Positions 36,722-41,200 of a stretch of 41,200 nucleotides of DNA are shown here, in pieces; positions within the stretch are counted from its first letter, which is position 1; each line of letters begins with the position of its first letter. Both the position numbers and the translations under genes were made by a program. The notes under the pieces were generated by a model. The model made no database searches. It had not been told where the DNA came from and worked only from the letters and a program-made list of their open reading frames with translations. Source of the stretch: a virus; the UHGV virus genome UHGV-0210649. One strand, written 5' to 3'.

Positions 36722-38122
36722 ATGGAACAGTGTGTAAAGAATTTTTTGCAGAAAAAAGGGTACACGGTTAACGACAAGGCCATGACAGTGATACAGGCTT
36801 GCGATGACTGGTACAGCAACCGTGTGATTGAGGACTTTCATAAGCGTAAGACGCTCAATGCGATTCCGTATGAGTTATCACGGCTTAATTTTGGTAAGCG
36901 GTGCTGCTCGGATGATGCGAACCTGTGTGAGGTGTTGGAGATTAATGCCGGTGATGGAGAACAGGGGAATTTTGTCAATGAGGTATTGAACAAGAGCGAG
37001 TTTAACACCCAGTATCGTAAGCAGTTGGAAAAGACCTCGGCAGATGGTACAACAGCCTGTTACATCAGGCTGGATAATGCGACCTTTATGGATAACAACT
37101 CTGTAAAGGGTGGAATCATTAAGCTGAATTATGTGGAAGCGGATGCGTTTATGCCGTTGACTGTGGAAAACGATATCGTAATAGAAGCAGCCTTTTCCGG
37201 ATCCGGATTGAGCAAGGGAAAGAAGCAGACCACGCTTGTACTGTTTACGTTGGGGGATAATGGATTATACACTGCCGAGACACACGTATTTGATGATAAG
37301 GGTAATGAGTTAACCGATCAGGAAACGATTGTGCAGCTCGGAGATGTGAAGCCATTCGCAGTAATGCGTAATGCAGAGGTAAATAACCTGGATGATATGA
37401 CCGGGTATGGTCTGCCTAAGCTGTGGGATGCCATTCCGGCGCTTAAGGTTGTGGATCTGTGTTATAACGTCCTCTTTTCCGATCTGGATAAAGCGGAGAA
37501 GATTATTCTTGTAAATGAACTGCTATGTGAATTTGACGAGAATGGCAAGCCTAAAATGACCCCAGAGCAGAAAAAGCTCTTTGTCCTTGTTGGTGAAAAA
37601 CTACCAGATCCACAGGATAAAGCGTTGATACAGGAATACAACCCAGAGATACGTATAGACCAGGTTACCAAAGCCTTTGAGCTGGCATTATCCCTGTTAT
37701 CCATGTCCTTTGGCTACGGTACCAAGAAGTACAGCTTTGAGAATAATGGACAGATTACTACAGCAACCGAGTATGTTGGAGAACGTCAGGATCAGATGCA
37801 GGAGCTCAACCGTCAGAGACAGGAAGCAATCCGGTACATACAGGATATCTGCAGGGCAGTGATGTGGTTTGCCAATACCTTTCAGGGCAAAGCATTCAAC
37901 CTGGATCAGGAGATCCTTGTAGATTTCGATGATAGCTATATCACAGATCGGGAAGCTGAATTGGAGAGAAAGAGAAACGATGCACTTGCATTTGATATTC
38001 CGGAACTGACAGTTTGGTATCTCATGGATGCATACAGCCTGTCAGAAGAGGAAGCAAGAGAACTGGTAGAGGCTAAAGTGGAAAAGGAAGAGCAGGACAC
38101 AGGCGGAGAGGAAGAGGATTAA
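36722..38122 (+). CDS. Portal protein (A118-like)
   Basis: Follows TerL; I.EYNP.IR, TATE, V.FDDSYI.D motifs. Confidence 0.88.
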   Translation: MEQCVKNFLQKKGYTVNDKAMTVIQACDDWYSNRVIEDFHKRKTLNAIPYELSRLNFGKRCCSDDANLCEVLEINAGDGEQGNFVNEVLNKSEFNTQYRKQLEKTSADGTTACYIRLDNATFMDNNSVKGGIIKLNYVEADAFMPLTVENDIVIEAAFSGSGLSKGKKQTTLVLFTLGDNGLYTAETHVFDDKGNELTDQETIVQLGDVKPFAVMRNAEVNNLDDMTGYGLPKLWDAIPALKVVDLCYNVLFSDLDKAEKIILVNELLCEFDENGKPKMTPEQKKLFVLVGEKLPDPQDKALIQEYNPEIRIDQVTKAFELALSLLSMSFGYGTKKYSFENNGQITTATEYVGERQDQMQELNRQRQEAIRYIQDICRAVMWFANTFQGKAFNLDQEILVDFDDSYITDREAELERKRNDALAFDIPELTVWYLMDAYSLSEEEARELVEAKVEKEEQDTGGEEED

Positions 38123-40035
38123 TGCTGTCAGAAGAACAACTTGAAATCATATCTGAAACCATTGCGCCCCTGTTCCAGTATTTAGAGCATGAGGTAATTG
38201 TGGATATTGCCCGCAGGATTGCAAAGACGCTTACTTATAGCCGTACTGCAGAGCTGCAGGCAATGTCTATGGCAGACCTCGGCTATAGTCCGGCACGGAT
38301 TCGGAAAGAAGCTATGAAGATTCTCAATGCGGATCCGGAGTATCGTAAGGCCGTAGCGAAGAATACATTGGAATATAAGCGCGAGATCCGGAATACGATT
38401 AATGATATTACCAGGGAAGCATACAAAGCCAATGATGATATTGTGGCAGGTGCCGGTAATATGGCATGGATCAGTGACCTTGCCGTGTGGAAGAGTGTTG
38501 GTAAGGAGTTAAAGGATCATTCTTTTTTACAGCAGCTTGTGGATGCATTTGCAGCACAGACTGCCGGAGAACTTAAGAACATGACACAGAGTACCGGATT
38601 TAAAACCATGAGCGGATATGAGGGCATAGAGAACGCATACCGCAGGGAATTGGATAAGGCTGTGATTAAGATCTGCTCCGGAACATTCTCCCAGGATAAA
38701 GTGATCCGTGATGTGGTGCATGATCTGGCACAGAGCGGGTTGCGGTCCATTGATTATGCATCTGGTTATAGTATGCAGCTTGATACGGCAGCCAGACTGT
38801 CGATCAGAACTGGATGCCATCAGCTGGCAGGAAAGATACAGGATAAAAACATTGAACAGACAGGAGAAAACCTTGTATATGTATCGAAGCACCGTGGCGC
38901 ACGTAATAAGGGGATAGGCCATGCCAACCATGAGCAGTGGCAGGGCAGGGTTTATTACATCAAAGAGGGGCAGGATTACCGGGAAGAGGCGGACCGTATC
39001 GGACAGGATAGTATTACAGACCTGTGGAGAGCAACCGGTTACAGTGCAGATGGTGCACATGAGGACGATCCGGAGGGACTTTATGGGTATAACTGTCGGC
39101 ACAACCATTATGCATGGTTTGAAGGGGCTTCCAGTTTCCCAAAGAATCATGATGAAAAGGATTCGGCACCGGTAACCATCAATGGAAAAACCTATGATTA
39201 TTATGCTATGACGCAGAAAATGAGGTCTATGGAGCGGAATATCCGGGCATTAAAAAGGGAAAAGGAAGCTCTTACTACACTGGGAGCGGACACAACAGAG
39301 ATTAATGCCAGGATCAAAAGTAAGACAGCGGAGTATAAAGAGTTTTGTAAGGCTTGTGGTGTGCCGGTAGCTACAAGTAAGCTCCGGTATGAATGCGGCA
39401 CGTCTGACTTAAAGAATACCAAGGCGTGGAAAGGAATGCAGAACATAGAAGGGGAGAATGGTTATAAAGAGTATCGTGTTATCGGGGATAACGGTAAGGC
39501 GGTATCGCTTGGAGAAAAGGTGACCTTAAGTACAATGATCGCTAAAATGCCGTCAACAGTACGAAGTGCTTTATCGGATGTTACATTCCATCTTAATAGC
39601 AGTGTTGGAGGTGGATACTGGTACGGCCATAATGAGATTTATCTACCGAGTAACGTAACAGATCGGGAGTTTTACCATGAGGTAGGACATTGCCTGGAAG
39701 AAAAGCTGTTTAATAAAAAAGAAGTGGATGCTTTAAAAAAGAATTTGGTACAAGGTCTTACTAAAGATGATATAATAATAAAAACAGGTATGGATAGTAC
39801 TGGAAATACCATGAAAATATTTGTATTAAACAGTCCGAGATTTATAAAGGAATACCAGGGAAGGTTATATGTGGAATCCGTAAAAGAAGCTCTGAATTCA
39901 GATGGCAGCATAAACACGGATGTACTCGGAGAGGTAGTATCTGTTGCTGTGGAGCATTATTTTATGACACCGAGAGCTACGAAGAAATATTTCCCGGATA
40001 TGTATAGAATCGTGGAGGAAACCTTGCATGAGTGA
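38122..40035 (+). CDS. Minor capsid protein (Phage_min_cap2/MuF-like) with C-terminal HExxH metallopeptidase-like extension
   Basis: VS.H.GAR...H..WQG.VY, GL.G.NCRH, Q..R..ER.IR..KR; then FYHEVGH near aa 517-523. Confidence 0.82.
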   Translation: MLSEEQLEIISETIAPLFQYLEHEVIVDIARRIAKTLTYSRTAELQAMSMADLGYSPARIRKEAMKILNADPEYRKAVAKNTLEYKREIRNTINDITREAYKANDDIVAGAGNMAWISDLAVWKSVGKELKDHSFLQQLVDAFAAQTAGELKNMTQSTGFKTMSGYEGIENAYRRELDKAVIKICSGTFSQDKVIRDVVHDLAQSGLRSIDYASGYSMQLDTAARLSIRTGCHQLAGKIQDKNIEQTGENLVYVSKHRGARNKGIGHANHEQWQGRVYYIKEGQDYREEADRIGQDSITDLWRATGYSADGAHEDDPEGLYGYNCRHNHYAWFEGASSFPKNHDEKDSAPVTINGKTYDYYAMTQKMRSMERNIRALKREKEALTTLGADTTEINARIKSKTAEYKEFCKACGVPVATSKLRYECGTSDLKNTKAWKGMQNIEGENGYKEYRVIGDNGKAVSLGEKVTLSTMIAKMPSTVRSALSDVTFHLNSSVGGGYWYGHNEIYLPSNVTDREFYHEVGHCLEEKLFNKKEVDALKKNLVQGLTKDDIIIKTGMDSTGNTMKIFVLNSPRFIKEYQGRLYVESVKEALNSDGSINTDVLGEVVSVAVEHYFMTPRATKKYFPDMYRIVEETLHE

Positions 40036-40195
40036 TAGCAGCTATTGGAATAAAAAAATTATTGATCTGCCGTGGACAGAAGAGAACCAGGAACTTTTTG
40101 CCGCTCATGTAGATATGGAAAAGGAAGAGGAGCGGTTAAAGCAGGAGGAAAATGTGGAAAATAATGGGACACGAAAAAAGGATAATAATTTATAG
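40028..40195 (+). CDS. Small acidic protein (55 aa), candidate immunity partner
   Basis: Overlaps the minor capsid stop; RBS GGAGG; MSDSSYWNKKIIDLPWTEENQELF... Confidence 0.55.
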   Translation: MSDSSYWNKKIIDLPWTEENQELFAAHVDMEKEEERLKQEENVENNGTRKKDNNL

Positions 40196-40203
40196 ATATA
40201 TCA

Positions 40204-40232
40204 TTGAAACGAAACATTAGTTCTGCTATAAT
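40204..40232 (+). promoter_or_regulatory. Sigma-A promoter of the zinc-finger gene
   Basis: TTGAAA-17 bp-TATAAT with TGn extension. Confidence 0.75.
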
Positions 40233-40252
40233 ATCCTCATGGAGGGTTACAT

Positions 40253-40420
40253 ATGTTGCCAAAAGGATATTATTGGTGCAGATGCCCTCGATGTGGAAAT
40301 CCTAAGATGCAGGTATTACGGAATGATACCGCACTTGTCAATTTCCCGGGGTACTGCAAAAAGTGTAAAACAGAATCATTAATGACAATAGAGCCTAAGC
40401 GCCAAATAGTAAATTCGTAG
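40253..40420 (+). CDS. Cysteine-rich KTR / Com-like zinc-finger protein (55 aa, absent from ORF track)
   Basis: MLPKGYYWCRCPRCGNPKMQVLRNDTALVNFPGYCKKCKTESLMTIEPKRQIVNS; W..CP.CG...R.DT.L.NFP.YC.KCK.E pattern; RBS GGAGG. Confidence 0.8.
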   Translation: MLPKGYYWCRCPRCGNPKMQVLRNDTALVNFPGYCKKCKTESLMTIEPKRQIVNS

Positions 40421-40450
40421 ATCGAATTGCTGTTTGGCGTTTTTTTTATT
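40389..40450 (+). terminator. Terminator with the AG(A/C)GCC tandem motif overlapping the 3' end of the zinc-finger gene
   Basis: tagagcctaagcgcca; hairpin gcgccaaatagtaaattcg...cgaattgctgtttggcgt followed by a run of T. Confidence 0.78.
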
Positions 40451-40459
40451 GTCAGATCA

Positions 40460-40531
40460 GGCGGGATAGAGCAGTGGTAGCTCAATGGCTTCCTTAGTCA
40501 TGAGTCGGTGGTTCGATTCCATCTCCCGCAA
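40460..40531 (+). tRNA. Atypical tRNA or tRNA-like element, anticodon CCT (nominally Arg-AGG), Met/fMet-like body
   Basis: GCGGGA/TCCCGC acceptor stem, GAGC/GCTC D arm, ATGGC/GTCAT stem with TTCCTTA loop, GGTGG-TTCGATT-CCATC T arm; no encoded CCA. Confidence 0.7.
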
Positions 40532-40581
40532 TTTCCCATATCGCAGAAAGTGCGATTCAAAAAATATTTTAGGAGGATGAA

Positions 40582-41187
40582 ATGAAGAACATTTTTGAAA
40601 TCATGAAAGAGTATGGACTTGAAGTGCCGGAAGATAAAAAGAAGGACTTTGAAAAGGCTGTGCTCGAAAACTACAAGACCATGACGGATTATGACAATCA
40701 GACCAGGAAGCTGGACGCAGCGAATGATACGATCAAAGCGAATGACACCGCCATGAAAGACTTACAGGATAAGTTAGACGGATTCAAGGATGTAGATGTA
40801 TCTGGTCTGAATCAGAGAATCAAGGATCTGGAAACAGAAAAGACGAATATCCAGAAGGATTATGATGCCAAGATTGCAGATCGTGATTTTAATGATCTTG
40901 TGAAAGAAAGCATTGCTGCTGTCAATGGTAAGAACCCTAAAGCAATCACTGCTTTACTGGACGTGGAAACCTTAAAGGCATCCAAGAACCAGAAAGAAGA
41001 CATTGCGACAGCACTGAAAGCATTGACCGAGAAAGAGGATAGCAAGATGCTCTTCGGGGAGCCGGAACCTAATCCGGTAGGAACAGGATATTTAATTGGA
41101 CGGGTGAGAGGCGGCAATAGCACAAGCGCAGATGAAGCTGCCATGAGAGCGGCTATGGGACTTCCACCTGTAAGTGAGACGAAATAA
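40582..41187 (+). CDS. Capsid scaffolding protein (GP20-like)
   Basis: Coiled coil, KNPKAITALLD...L, LF; directly precedes the capsid gene on the circle. Confidence 0.85.
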   Translation: MKNIFEIMKEYGLEVPEDKKKDFEKAVLENYKTMTDYDNQTRKLDAANDTIKANDTAMKDLQDKLDGFKDVDVSGLNQRIKDLETEKTNIQKDYDAKIADRDFNDLVKESIAAVNGKNPKAITALLDVETLKASKNQKEDIATALKALTEKEDSKMLFGEPEPNPVGTGYLIGRVRGGNSTSADEAAMRAAMGLPPVSETK

Positions 41188-41200
41188 GGAGGAAAACTAA

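Larger units (their letters stand above)
1..41200. mobile_element. Complete temperate siphovirus genome, excised/circular form, opened at the major capsid gene
   Basis: All modules present; the window ends ...taaggaggaaaactaa, giving an RBS 8 nt before the ATG at position 1; an intact attP-like inverted repeat lies next to the integrase. Confidence 0.9.

Noticed and set aside
40460..40531. tRNA as the attP core of the tyrosine recombinase
   Set aside because: It lies within the head operon far from either recombinase; integration there would split portal from capsid genes; a better attP lies beside the serine integrase
1..41200. CRISPR array or group I/II intron
   Set aside because: No regularly spaced repeats seen; terL, portal, capsid and MTase ORFs appear uninterrupted

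Overview
The window looks like a complete, circularly permuted ~41.2 kb temperate siphophage genome from a low-GC Firmicute; the gene style suggests Clostridia/Lachnospiraceae, which is an inference. It opens on the major capsid ATG and closes on AGGAGG+8 nt, the missing RBS for that ATG. Gene order: head and neck, tail, tail fibre, lysis, candidate attP with a large serine integrase, immunity region (DUF1828/1829 pair, ImmA-like, CI/Cro), recombination and replication, DNA modification (PAPS reductase, SNF2-helicase/MTase fusion), a second (tyrosine) recombinase, TerS/TerL, portal, minor capsid with a metallopeptidase extension, scaffold. Two systems are not explained by the ORF track. (1) A split shufflon-like tail-fibre switch: four alternative C-terminal cassettes, each starting at a 13-bp TAAACAGTAGTTT site, arranged as two invertible pairs on either side of the lysis module. 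(2) A candidate RNA-level late-gene antitermination circuit: an unannotated 55-aa Com/KTR-type zinc-finger gene plus a recurring TAG(A/C)GCCTAAG(A/C)GCCA motif on the 5' arm of hairpins ahead of terS, scaffold/capsid, tape measure and holin. Also present are an atypical tRNA-like element, SD-sequestering leaders on both DNA-modification genes and several small unannotated ORFs. All calls come from reading the sequence; no searches were run.
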